Shown piece after piece: positions 29,202 through 38,212 of a stretch of 64,000 bases of DNA. Under the pieces are notes generated by a model. It saw only the letters and a list, made by a program, of their open reading frames with translations. It was not told where the DNA came from and did not search any database. The translations under genes were made by a program, and so were the position numbers. Position 1 is the stretch's first letter. The number at the start of each line of letters is the position of its first letter. Origin of the DNA: Candidatus Cloacimonadota bacterium (GTDB lineage: Bacteria; Cloacimonadota; Cloacimonadia; JGIOTU-2). The DNA lies in contig JBNGBT010000001.1 of assembly GCA_049903315.1 (NCBI GenBank), positions 320,001 through 384,000 on the forward strand, given 5' to 3'.

Positions 29202-29285
29202 TTATATATCATGAAAAGTGCCGATTTGTGACGACACCACTCAAAAAAGTTGAAAAAAAATGAAAAAAGTTACATATGAGGTGAC
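29202..29285 (-). promoter_or_regulatory. Conserved promoter-like element, copy B
   Basis: GTCACA at 29232-29227, same spacing to GATATATA and same A-tracts as copy A. Confidence 0.6.
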
Positions 29286-29294
29286 TAAACCTTA

Positions 29295-29399
29295 TTAATT
29301 TTTATTATTTTTCTTCTCATGTCCGAGAAATACTTTTCCTTCAGAGACAATAACAGTGTATTCTCCGCCATTGCCGTCAGGAAATCTTTTTATGGTCAT
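29295..29399 (-). CDS. Micropeptide copy 3, 34 aa (MTIKRFPDGNGGEYTVIVSEGKVFLGHEKKNNKN)
   Basis: Below ORF-track cutoff; AAGGAGA RBS; tandem TAA TAA stops. Confidence 0.8.
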   Translation of the reverse strand: MTIKRFPDGNGGEYTVIVSEGKVFLGHEKKNNKN

Positions 29400-29654
29400 G
29401 GTGTTCTCCTTATCGTATTTTTGGGATTCATTTTGTATAATAGCCCTAAAATATTGACAGTTATTTTTAACTTTTCTTGGTACACATAAATTATAGATTT
29501 TATAATCTTATGATTTAAAAACATCGGTAACGCTCAAAAAAGTAAGAATGAGAATAGGCATTGAGGTCTTTTTTCTTGATCATCAAAAATTTCTTTCAAG
29601 TTAATTATTTCTTTAATGAATTGTGCAGATTGAGGTGAGATTGCTAAACATAAG

Positions 29655-30635
29655 ATGAAAAAAAAAGCTGATAATGATGCTGTTGTTCTGAAGAATTATC
29701 ATACTCTTGCCTACAATTATGCATTATACAAAGTTGGAAGTCTCGATGCAGCAGAGGATATAGCATCTCAGACGATTTATTCATATTTATTGAAAAGGGA
29801 AAAGATTGAAGAAAACAATGATGAGGGTTGGATTGTTAATACTAGTAAAAATTATTGTAATCAGTATTTTGATAGATTGAAGGCTGAAAAGAAATTGCAG
29901 AACGATATGGTTGGGAATATGGCAAGAGAACTGCAAACAAAAATATATGAGAGCCTTGATTTTGTTGATAATGAAAAAAACGAGCTCTTAGATGCCGTAA
30001 AAAATGCTAAAGAGACACTCACTTCCAAGGAACTTCAAACCTATATCTTATACCTTCAATGTGAAGCAAATGTACAGAGGATGGAAAAAATAATTGGTGA
30101 GTCCAATGAGGTTATCCGACAAAGGATCTCCAGGATCAATAGGAAAATAAAGGCAGAAACCTACAAAAAGCTTGGGGTAATAACCACCAAGAAAATATTA
30201 AGTCCTCAGATCAATGATATAATAAAAAAATTTCTTTTGCGATTTAAAAAGCATTTGGAAAATAATACACTGAATAAGATGTTTTATTATTTTTCGAAAA
30301 AAGATATTAGTAATTATAATCCCCAATTTAATATAAAAAAAGTATTGGATTATGAGGTAGTACTAGACGATGCAATATATACAATTCATGTAGTTTTTAC
30401 TAATACACAAGATGAGGATGAATCCTTCTATTTTTCGTTTACAGTGGAAAATAATTTTCTAAAAGTTCTTCAACCTCCCACACCTCACAGAGAACATTAT
30501 CAATTAAGCGGTGAAGATGCAGAAATACTTCTTACCTTATTAAAAAAATATCCCGAAGATAGTACAGGAGCACATCGTGTTCCCGATGAAGAACTTGTGC
30601 TTCTAAGAAGAATTCTTGGGGAAGAGGATGAATGA
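29655..30635 (+). CDS. ECF-type sigma-70 factor with about 150-aa C-terminal extension
   Basis: Region 2-like LAYNYALYKVGSLDAAEDIASQT...WIVNTSKNYC; region 4-like LTSKELQTYILY...MEKIIGESNEVIRQRISRINRKIK. Confidence 0.75.
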   Translation: MKKKADNDAVVLKNYHTLAYNYALYKVGSLDAAEDIASQTIYSYLLKREKIEENNDEGWIVNTSKNYCNQYFDRLKAEKKLQNDMVGNMARELQTKIYESLDFVDNEKNELLDAVKNAKETLTSKELQTYILYLQCEANVQRMEKIIGESNEVIRQRISRINRKIKAETYKKLGVITTKKILSPQINDIIKKFLLRFKKHLENNTLNKMFYYFSKKDISNYNPQFNIKKVLDYEVVLDDAIYTIHVVFTNTQDEDESFYFSFTVENNFLKVLQPPTPHREHYQLSGEDAEILLTLLKKYPEDSTGAHRVPDEELVLLRRILGEEDE

Positions 30636-30647
30636 GTTGTAATTACT

Positions 30648-33284
30648 TTAAAGCTTTTCTTTTAATCTTGAGAGGAAAGTAAGGGCTTCGATAGGGGTAA
30701 GTGCATTCACATCCAGATCTTTTAATTCTTCAATAAGAGCTCTTTCTTTACTTGTTTTCTGAGAGAGCACTTCGATAAAAGACGTTTGTTTGATCTCGGC
30801 TTTTTTTCTTTTTGTCTTCTCAAGAATGCTGGATTCGTTGAATTCACTTTTTTCGAGTTCTTCAAGGATTTCCTGCGCACGCTCAATGACCTTTTGAGGT
30901 ATACCTGCGAGTTTAGCGACCTGGATACCGTAACTCTGGTCCGCACTGCCGGGCACAACTTTTCTCAAAAAGATGATCCTGTCCTGATATTCTTTTGCAG
31001 TAATATTATAATTCTTCACACCTTTATACACATTGGAAAGCTCTGTAAGTTCATGATAATGCGTTGCAAAGAGCGTTTTTGCTGAGATCTTATTATTCTC
31101 ATGGAGGTATTCTACTACAGCCCAAGCAATGCTCAGTCCGTCAAAAGTGCTCGTACCTCGCCCGATTTCATCGAGGAGGACAACGCTGCGGGGAGTTGCA
31201 TTATGAAGTATATTAGCAGTTTCGATCATCTCTACCAGAAATGTACTCTGTCCAAGAGCCAGGTTGTCAGAAGCGCCCACACGGGTAAATATTTTATCAA
31301 CAATACCTATCTTTGCAGAAGCAGCAGGAATGAACGAGCCCATCTGTGCCATGATTATGATCAGACCGATCTGCCTTAAGTAAGTAGATTTTCCTGCCAT
31401 ATTCGGACCCGTGATAAGCAGTATGCGATCTGAAGAATTATTCAGAAATGTGTCATTAGGAATGAACTCGTTTCCTACAGAAAGTTTTTCTATGACCGGA
31501 TGCCGTCCTTCTTCGACATTTATCTCATGACCGTCATGAATTTCTGGTCGGATATAATGATTATAATATGCGATCTGAGAAAGGTTTGTGAGTACATCGA
31601 GAGTAGAGATAACCTCCGAAAATTGCTGAAATCGGGGAATGAAATTTTTCAGATTTTCCCGGATTTCAATGAAAAGTGCATATTCCAATTGTGTGCTGCG
31701 TTCTTCAGCACCGAGAACCTGATTCTCAAATTCCTTGAGCTCAGGAGTGATATATCGTTCCGCATTTACCAGTGTCTGCTTGCGAATATAATCTTCAGGG
31801 ACCTTATCGAGATATGATTTAGTAATCTCGATGTAATATCCGAATACACTATTATAACGCACTTTCAGCTTAGGAATATTCGTCTTTTCGATTTCTTTCT
31901 GTTCAAGTTCCGCAATCCATTTTTTGCCGGTTTTGCTCTTGCTCCTCAACTCATCCAGTTCTTGATTATAGCCTTCTTTGATTATTCCGCCGTCCTGCAA
32001 CGTGACCGGAGCATCATCTTTCAAAGCATTCTCGATAATAAGTATCACTTCATCAAAATTTTGGATGGAAACGAATAAACATTTGAGCAATTCGGAGTCA
32101 CAACCCGAAATATGTTCCGACATGGGCTGTGCCAATGAGAGATAATTTTTTAGTGCGATCAGGTCGCGGGGGTATGCTTTATTTGTTCCCAGCTTGCTTA
32201 TAATACGCTCGATGTCACCAATTTCAGAGAGTATTTCTATGATGCTATTGCGTGTGCGGCTTTTATCGAGAAGTTCCTCAACACTATTGTGACGCTGGAT
32301 GATGAGTTCCTTTTTCATCAGGGGATTAAGCATCCAGTTGACCAGTTTTCGTCCACCCATAGGAGTTTTCGTCTCATCCATCACATCAAGAAGAGTGCCA
32401 TGCTGGGAACGTGTGCGCATAGATTCTGTGAGTTCGAGATTATGTCTGGAAAGTGCATCCACCTGCATGAATTGTCCTTCAGAATAGAAGCTGAGTGTGT
32501 TGATGTGAGAAAGATCACTATCTTTCAAGTCTTTTATGTAAGAAAGAATTGCTGCTGAAGCACAGACCGCAGTGTTTTTTCCCGAAAGTCCGAATCCTTC
32601 GATAGAGAGTATATTAAAATGGCTTTTCAAGATATCTTCAGCTTCAGGAAATTCGTAACGCCAGGTTTCATATTCCGTAAATGCAGGATTATAAAAGAGG
32701 TTGATCTTTTGCTTAAAATCAGATTCTATTGTTTCTGGAATAAGAATTTCCGTAGGATGAATTCTGGCAATCTCATCGACAACTCTATCGGGGGGAACTT
32801 CTGTACAGGAAAATTCACCAGTAGAAATATCTATAGATGCAATGCCGCAGTTTGTTTTTCCTTCATACACGGCACTGAGGTAATTATTTCCTTTTCCCTG
32901 AAGAAAATTTTCTTCAAGAATAGTGCCCGGAGTGATCACTTCTACGATTTTTCTTTTAACAAGTTTCTTTGCTTTTTTCGGATCTTCAACCTGCTCACAG
33001 ATCGCAACTTTGACACCATTGTCTAATAACTTTTTTAGATAGTTTTCGAGTGCATGATAGGGGAATCCTGCAAGTGGAACAGGATTTTTCTTTTTTTTAT
33101 CTCTTGTTGTGAGTGTTATGCCCAACAGTTTTGAAGCTGTTTTTGCATCTTCAAAAAAAGTTTCATAAAAATCTCCCATCCTGAAAAGCAGGAGTGCATC
33201 CGGCTGCTCCTTCTTTATTGAAAGGAACTGCTGAATGAGAGGTGTGTGTTCGTGAGGAAGGTCAGGAGATTTCTTTTTTGTCAT
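30648..33284 (-). CDS. mutS: DNA mismatch repair protein MutS
   Basis: FRMGDFYETF, GRHPVIE, ITGPNMAGKSTYLRQ, STFLVEM, DEIGRGTST, ATHYHEL, SYGIQVA. Confidence 0.98.
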   Translation of the reverse strand: MTKKKSPDLPHEHTPLIQQFLSIKKEQPDALLLFRMGDFYETFFEDAKTASKLLGITLTTRDKKKKNPVPLAGFPYHALENYLKKLLDNGVKVAICEQVEDPKKAKKLVKRKIVEVITPGTILEENFLQGKGNNYLSAVYEGKTNCGIASIDISTGEFSCTEVPPDRVVDEIARIHPTEILIPETIESDFKQKINLFYNPAFTEYETWRYEFPEAEDILKSHFNILSIEGFGLSGKNTAVCASAAILSYIKDLKDSDLSHINTLSFYSEGQFMQVDALSRHNLELTESMRTRSQHGTLLDVMDETKTPMGGRKLVNWMLNPLMKKELIIQRHNSVEELLDKSRTRNSIIEILSEIGDIERIISKLGTNKAYPRDLIALKNYLSLAQPMSEHISGCDSELLKCLFVSIQNFDEVILIIENALKDDAPVTLQDGGIIKEGYNQELDELRSKSKTGKKWIAELEQKEIEKTNIPKLKVRYNSVFGYYIEITKSYLDKVPEDYIRKQTLVNAERYITPELKEFENQVLGAEERSTQLEYALFIEIRENLKNFIPRFQQFSEVISTLDVLTNLSQIAYYNHYIRPEIHDGHEINVEEGRHPVIEKLSVGNEFIPNDTFLNNSSDRILLITGPNMAGKSTYLRQIGLIIIMAQMGSFIPAASAKIGIVDKIFTRVGASDNLALGQSTFLVEMIETANILHNATPRSVVLLDEIGRGTSTFDGLSIAWAVVEYLHENNKISAKTLFATHYHELTELSNVYKGVKNYNITAKEYQDRIIFLRKVVPGSADQSYGIQVAKLAGIPQKVIERAQEILEELEKSEFNESSILEKTKRKKAEIKQTSFIEVLSQKTSKERALIEELKDLDVNALTPIEALTFLSRLKEKL

Positions 33285-34315
33285 GGTTTTTTATATACAT
33301 ATGAACTGATGTTTTCTTCTGCAAGCCGTTTTTTTTTATAGAGTGCTTCTTCTTCAGTGGAATAGGGACCGACACCAACAGCATAATAAATTTTTCCGTT
33401 CACGGATTTTGTAAAGACAAACGTGTTTTTCACTCCCATTTTCTTATACTCCTCCTCTGCTTCATGAGCTTGAGTTGAGTTTTCCAGTGCAGCAAGCTGA
33501 ACGATATAATTCTTCTCGAGAAGGTCATCGATCTGTGGTAAAGTTGTGAGAGATGATGAATAGTGCCCCTGCTCGATCAAAGAAACAAGCTGCTGTTCTG
33601 CAAGAGGTGAATACTGTGAATATGGATAGTCATTTGTGAGTGTTTTGTAATGCGTGATCGCATCAGTATATTTTGCTCTTTTTTCATAACTCAATCCCAT
33701 CAAATAAAGTAAGTAGGGATTAAAGTTGCTGTTTGGATTTTCTTCCTGCATTTGTGAGAACTGATCGATAGCTTTCGAATACTGCTTAAGTTCATAATAA
33801 GCAGTACCGCAATTGAGCATTGCCAGTTCCCTCTGAGAGGAATCAAGAGATATATTTATAAATTCTTTATATGAAGTGATCGCAGGAAAGTACTCCGCAC
33901 TACAGTAAAGTGCTTGGGCTTTCATGAAGAGGGCTTCTGAGTAATACAAAGAAAAGGTTTTTGTGAGCAATTTTCCAGAATACTGCTTTGCTGCTTTCCA
34001 GTCTTCATGTGTGAGGTTTATTTTCGCAAGATTGATGATTGCCCTGTCAGTGTATGCGTTTTCTTTTTCTTCCAATATTTCTTTATAATAAAAGGAAGCA
34101 TCATTTGCATTGTCAGCACATTGTCCTAAAAGATAGAGTATTTCGACTTTTTCTTCGTCAACCATACACTGTGGGAGCATAGATTTCAACTTTTGAAAGG
34201 CAGTGGCGTACTCGTTCTTTGAGATATGATTATATATAACAGAAAGGGACTGCCCCCATAAGGACATCATACATAGGGAGAAAAAGACTATAACCAGGCA
34301 GATAGTTTTTTTCAT
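33281..34315 (-). CDS. Secreted TPR protein with C-terminal SPOR domain
   Basis: Signal peptide; TPR helices (YPYSQYS); YIVQLAAL...YYAVGVGPYST.EEA. Confidence 0.8.
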   Translation of the reverse strand: MKKTICLVIVFFSLCMMSLWGQSLSVIYNHISKNEYATAFQKLKSMLPQCMVDEEKVEILYLLGQCADNANDASFYYKEILEEKENAYTDRAIINLAKINLTHEDWKAAKQYSGKLLTKTFSLYYSEALFMKAQALYCSAEYFPAITSYKEFINISLDSSQRELAMLNCGTAYYELKQYSKAIDQFSQMQEENPNSNFNPYLLYLMGLSYEKRAKYTDAITHYKTLTNDYPYSQYSPLAEQQLVSLIEQGHYSSSLTTLPQIDDLLEKNYIVQLAALENSTQAHEAEEEYKKMGVKNTFVFTKSVNGKIYYAVGVGPYSTEEEALYKKKRLAEENISSYVYKKP

Positions 34316-34325
34316 AACCAAAATA

Positions 34326-35594
34326 TTAGCTGCTCATTAATTTCAGGAATTCCTGATTATTCTTGGTTCCTTTCATCTTGTTCTTAAGAAGTTCAATCGC
34401 ATCATATGGGCTTTGATTTTTCAATATTTTACGAAGAATAAATACACGATTTCTCACCTCTTCAGGAAGAAGTAATTCTTCACGGCGTGTGCCGGAAGTG
34501 ATAAGATCGATTGCCGGAAACATTCGCAAGTCGCTGATGGAACGGTCGAGAACAAGCTCCATATTACCGGTGCCCTTAAACTCTTCGAATATAACAGTAT
34601 CCATTTTACTTCCAGTATGAATTAGTGCGGTTGCCATTATAGTCAAACTTCCGCTTTCTTCTGTATTACGCGCAGCTCCGAAGAAGCGTTTCGGTTTGTG
34701 AAGTGCATTTGCATCGACACCACCGGAAAGCACTTTTCCGCTTGCAGGCATGAGTGTGTTATATGCCCGGGCAAGACGGGTAATACTATCAAGCAGTATG
34801 ACCACATCGCGTCCGTATTCAACCATTCTCTTTGCTTTTGCCATGACCATTTCTGCAAGGCGCACATGATGATGTGCGGTTTCATCAAAAGTGGAGCTCA
34901 CAACTTCTGAGTTTTCAGGTTTGACGATGCGCTTCATTTCAGTCACTTCTTCCGGTCGCTCATCAACAAGAAGGATAATCACATATACTTCCGGGTGGTT
35001 TGTGAGGATTGCATTTGCCAGCTTTTGAAGCAACACTGTTTTTCCGGTGCGGGGTGCAGCAACAATAAGTCCTCTTTGTCCTTTTCCGATCGGTGTAAAG
35101 AGGTCGATTATCCGGGTAGAAAGTTCGTCCTGGTCAGTTTCCAGATTGAGTTTTTCTTCGGGATAGAGCGGTGTCAGATGATCAAAATTCGGGGTTTCAT
35201 ACGCGCGTAAAGCCGGTTCGTTATTGATCGCATCAATTCTAATGAGAGCGAAGTATTTTTCATCTTCTTTTGGCGAACGTACAGGTCCGGAAATGATATT
35301 TCCCTGTTTGATATGAAATTTTTTCACCTGGGCTTTGGATACATAGATGTCGCTGGGTCCGCTTATATAATTTGCTTTTGGTGAACGCAGAAAGCCATAT
35401 CCTTCCGGAGTAAGATCTATCACGCCTGTGGTGAAGACCAATCCTTCATTTGCTGCCTGAGCATCGAGAATCGCGAACATTAAAGCTTCTTTATTCATAG
35501 TCTTAAAGTTCTTTATTTCATAACCTTTTGCGATCTTGTGAAGTTCAGGTAAGGTCATTTTTTGCATTTCTTTTAGATCAATTAAATCTTCCAT
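34326..35594 (-). CDS. rho: Transcription termination factor Rho
   Basis: [61 protein letters not shown]. Confidence 0.98.
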   Translation of the reverse strand: MEDLIDLKEMQKMTLPELHKIAKGYEIKNFKTMNKEALMFAILDAQAANEGLVFTTGVIDLTPEGYGFLRSPKANYISGPSDIYVSKAQVKKFHIKQGNIISGPVRSPKEDEKYFALIRIDAINNEPALRAYETPNFDHLTPLYPEEKLNLETDQDELSTRIIDLFTPIGKGQRGLIVAAPRTGKTVLLQKLANAILTNHPEVYVIILLVDERPEEVTEMKRIVKPENSEVVSSTFDETAHHHVRLAEMVMAKAKRMVEYGRDVVILLDSITRLARAYNTLMPASGKVLSGGVDANALHKPKRFFGAARNTEESGSLTIMATALIHTGSKMDTVIFEEFKGTGNMELVLDRSISDLRMFPAIDLITSGTRREELLLPEEVRNRVFILRKILKNQSPYDAIELLKNKMKGTKNNQEFLKLMSS

Positions 35595-35609
35595 AATACT
35601 CCTAAATAT

Positions 35610-36317
35610 TTATGATTTTTCATTTTTATTTTTTCTATGTTTTACTTTAAAATTTTCTTCAGCTGCTGATTTTCTAACGTATAAGGGTTCTACCTTCGAA
35701 ATATTATCAACTTCATATATGTCACAACCCTTATTGTTTTCAATGATGTCGATCAGAGATGTTGCCTTCGGAAAACAGTCAATATCTCTTGCAAAGTTCA
35801 GGATGGCATCAGTATCAAACAATGCTTGTTTTATTTTTGATTTGACGGGTCCAATAATCAGAGTTTCAGTATCTACAATTTTCATAATTTGTTCAAGCTT
35901 CGCAAAAGCAGGTGCGTGAATTTCAGCAAGATCCGATGAATATACAGCAAAGTAATATTCTTTCCTTCCTGCATCCATGAGTGCACAGATATTTTCTGAA
36001 ACTGCTGATGTGTTGTTGGCAAGAGATCTCAGTGTCGAAGTTACGTAAAGCGGTATTTTCAAACCGAAACAGAGTCCTTTGGCAGTAGAGAGCCCGATGC
36101 GCAGTCCTGTAAAAGAACCCGGTCCGATCGAAAGCGCTATTGCTGAGATGTTTTCAAGTTTCATATCTGTTTGAGCAAGCAGGTTTTCAACTGTGGGCAA
36201 GAGACGTTCCGAATGAGTCCTTTTTGCTTTGGTAGTCACATCTGCAATGATCTGACCATTACTGGAGAGAGCAATACTTTCGTAAGCTGTTGAGGTCTCA
36301 AGAGCGAGAATATTCAT
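35610..36317 (-). CDS. tsaB: t6A biosynthesis protein TsaB
   Basis: MNILALETS, HSERLLP, GPGSFTGLRIG, DAGRKE, EPLYVR; start placed at ATG 36317. Confidence 0.93.
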   Translation of the reverse strand: MNILALETSTAYESIALSSNGQIIADVTTKAKRTHSERLLPTVENLLAQTDMKLENISAIALSIGPGSFTGLRIGLSTAKGLCFGLKIPLYVTSTLRSLANNTSAVSENICALMDAGRKEYYFAVYSSDLAEIHAPAFAKLEQIMKIVDTETLIIGPVKSKIKQALFDTDAILNFARDIDCFPKATSLIDIIENNKGCDIYEVDNISKVEPLYVRKSAAEENFKVKHRKNKNEKS

Positions 36318-36318
36318 A

Positions 36319-36714
36319 TCAGCAGTTATTTGCTGGTTTGTCTCCAAGGGGATTTCTGGAAACCTTTGCGGATTGGTTGGGATGAGGAACGACACAGAGA
36401 AAACGTAAAAGGGTATCATCAGTATTCTTGAATTGATGTTTTAAATGTGGTTCTACATAGATGACATCCCATTGCTGGAAGGGTTTTTCTCCTTCTTCTG
36501 TAACTAAAGTTCCTGTGCCCTGAAGTACAAAAACTTCATGTTCCCAGTCATGTGAATGAAAAGGTGTATGTCCACCTGCTTCGACCTCAAACATACGCAT
36601 GGCAAAATGAGGAGCGTTATCCTTTTGAGAAATAAGCCATCTTATCTTTGTTCTGTCTGCACCCTCTATATTAACATCTTCCAGAAGGACATCGTTGAAA
36701 TGGGTGATTTTCAT
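36319..36714 (-). CDS. Cupin domain protein
   Basis: FAMRMFEVEAGGHTPFHSHDWEHEVFVLQG...HQF; GGAGG RBS before ATG 36714. Confidence 0.9.
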   Translation of the reverse strand: MKITHFNDVLLEDVNIEGADRTKIRWLISQKDNAPHFAMRMFEVEAGGHTPFHSHDWEHEVFVLQGTGTLVTEEGEKPFQQWDVIYVEPHLKHQFKNTDDTLLRFLCVVPHPNQSAKVSRNPLGDKPANNC

Positions 36715-36833
36715 GGTTACCTCCAGATTTCTGAGCACCATTTAATTGTGATGTATTTATTAACTTTATTATTTCGAAGCAAAATCTACAAACCGTGTGC
36801 CTAAACGTCAATTTTTTTTATGATTTCACAAAA

Positions 36834-37565
36834 CTAATATGTAACTTCCAAAAGATAGAGTCCTTGAGGTGATGCTGTCATACCAAGGAGTTTATAATCC
36901 TGAGTGGAAAATATTTTATCTACAAATTTTGGTTCGAGCTCTTCATGGGAAATATGTAAAAGAGTGCCGACAATCCTTCGAACCATATTATGCATGAACC
37001 TGTTTGCAGATATTGTAAAAATGAAATGAGTATCAGTCTCGCTCCAATCTGCGCGATCAACAGTACATAGTGTTGAGGGAAGCTGAGATGTGTCATGTGC
37101 AAAAACATTAAAGTCATGTGTGCCGAGTAAATATTTAGACGCTTGTTGCAAAAGAGGTAACGAGAATTTTTTATAAGGAAAATATGAGGCATAGAATCGC
37201 TCAAAAGGAGAGAATTCTTTCATGATCTTATACATATACGTTCTTTTTTTTGCAGAAAATCTCGCATGAAAAGTGTCATCCACAAATGAACATTCCTTGA
37301 TATAAATAGCTTTATTGATGATACTGTTGACCGCAGCAACAATGTTCTCTGGCTTCATTTTCGTTCCTGCTTCAAAATGGGCATACTGATTAAGTGCATG
37401 CACACCCGCATCAGTCCTGCCAGACACAGTAAGGGGAGTAGCGGTTTTAAAAATTCGAAAAAGAACCTCTTCCATGACCTGCTGGATTGTAAGCGCTTCT
37501 TTCTGTATCTGCCATCCATGAAAAGGATGTCCGTCATAACTGAACCGGAGTAAAAATTTTGTCAT
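36834..37565 (-). CDS. truA: tRNA pseudouridine(38-40) synthase
   Basis: YDGHPFHGWQIQ, SGRTDAGVHA, FHARFSA, GTHDF, FMHNMVRRIVG, QGLYL; start at ATG 37565. Confidence 0.96.
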   Translation of the reverse strand: MTKFLLRFSYDGHPFHGWQIQKEALTIQQVMEEVLFRIFKTATPLTVSGRTDAGVHALNQYAHFEAGTKMKPENIVAAVNSIINKAIYIKECSFVDDTFHARFSAKKRTYMYKIMKEFSPFERFYASYFPYKKFSLPLLQQASKYLLGTHDFNVFAHDTSQLPSTLCTVDRADWSETDTHFIFTISANRFMHNMVRRIVGTLLHISHEELEPKFVDKIFSTQDYKLLGMTASPQGLYLLEVTY

Positions 37566-38203
37566 AAAATGATAAGTACGATTTGTATGAGAAATAGAAC
37601 GGGCAGAAGGAGATCCCATGCATGAAAAGAGTGTGAAAATTCGCTATTGAGAAAGCTTTCCGCAGGAGCAGAATAAATATGTACTTTTTTAAGTGATCTG
37701 TTAACAATAACTGGAAAAAGCTCAGATATATCACTCAACCCAATTCTTCTTTTTATATGATACTTATACAACTTTATCGTACGAGAATATTCACGATAAA
37801 TTATGGGAAGAAATCGAATAATGCCATAGATAAAAACTATTGATGAATTGCGTATTTTATGAGGGATAACAGTGCGCATTTGCGCAATGAATGAGAATGC
37901 CGAAGTTGATCTCACAAGCACAACAGTATAACATATCATAATAGAGATCGAACCAATTATCATTAAATCCTTGTGCCAGGGATTTCCAAATACATAGCCA
38001 ATGAGAAAGATCGAAAGTAAGAGCGGAGAAATACGCATGAGAGTATTTACGGCAGTTATAAGATTTGCGGGAAATATTATCAATGACAGACCCAGAATAG
38101 TGAGTATAGAAATCAATATAAAATTATTATGAAACATGAAGAGAAAAACGATCTGTGACATTATAAATAAAATTTTTAGAAGTGGATTAAGATGGTTAAG
38201 CAT
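37562..38203 (-). CDS. Divergent ECF-transporter T component (EcfT/CbiQ-like) membrane protein
   Basis: LNPLLKI start, multiple TM segments, STS, IRFLPIIYRE; directly upstream of truA. Confidence 0.55.
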   Translation of the reverse strand: MLNHLNPLLKILFIMSQIVFLFMFHNNFILISILTILGLSLIIFPANLITAVNTLMRISPLLLSIFLIGYVFGNPWHKDLMIIGSISIMICYTVVLVRSTSAFSFIAQMRTVIPHKIRNSSIVFIYGIIRFLPIIYREYSRTIKLYKYHIKRRIGLSDISELFPVIVNRSLKKVHIYSAPAESFLNSEFSHSFHAWDLLLPVLFLIQIVLIIL

Positions 38204-38212
38204 GAGATGATA

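Larger units (their letters stand above)
28903..29410. repeat. Tandem duplication with 299-300 bp period (28903-29110 and 29202-29410)
   Basis: Direct alignment of both units, each with a regulatory box, micropeptide ORF and RBS. Confidence 0.9.

Noticed and set aside
28465..29399. Micropeptides as RiPP precursors
   Set aside because: No radical SAM, YcaO, lanthionine synthetase or peptidase-transporter in the window; not excluded if enzymes lie elsewhere
28903..29410. Repeat array as CRISPR
   Set aside because: Only two units with about 300-bp period, containing ORFs; no 25-45 bp repeat/spacer structure and no cas genes
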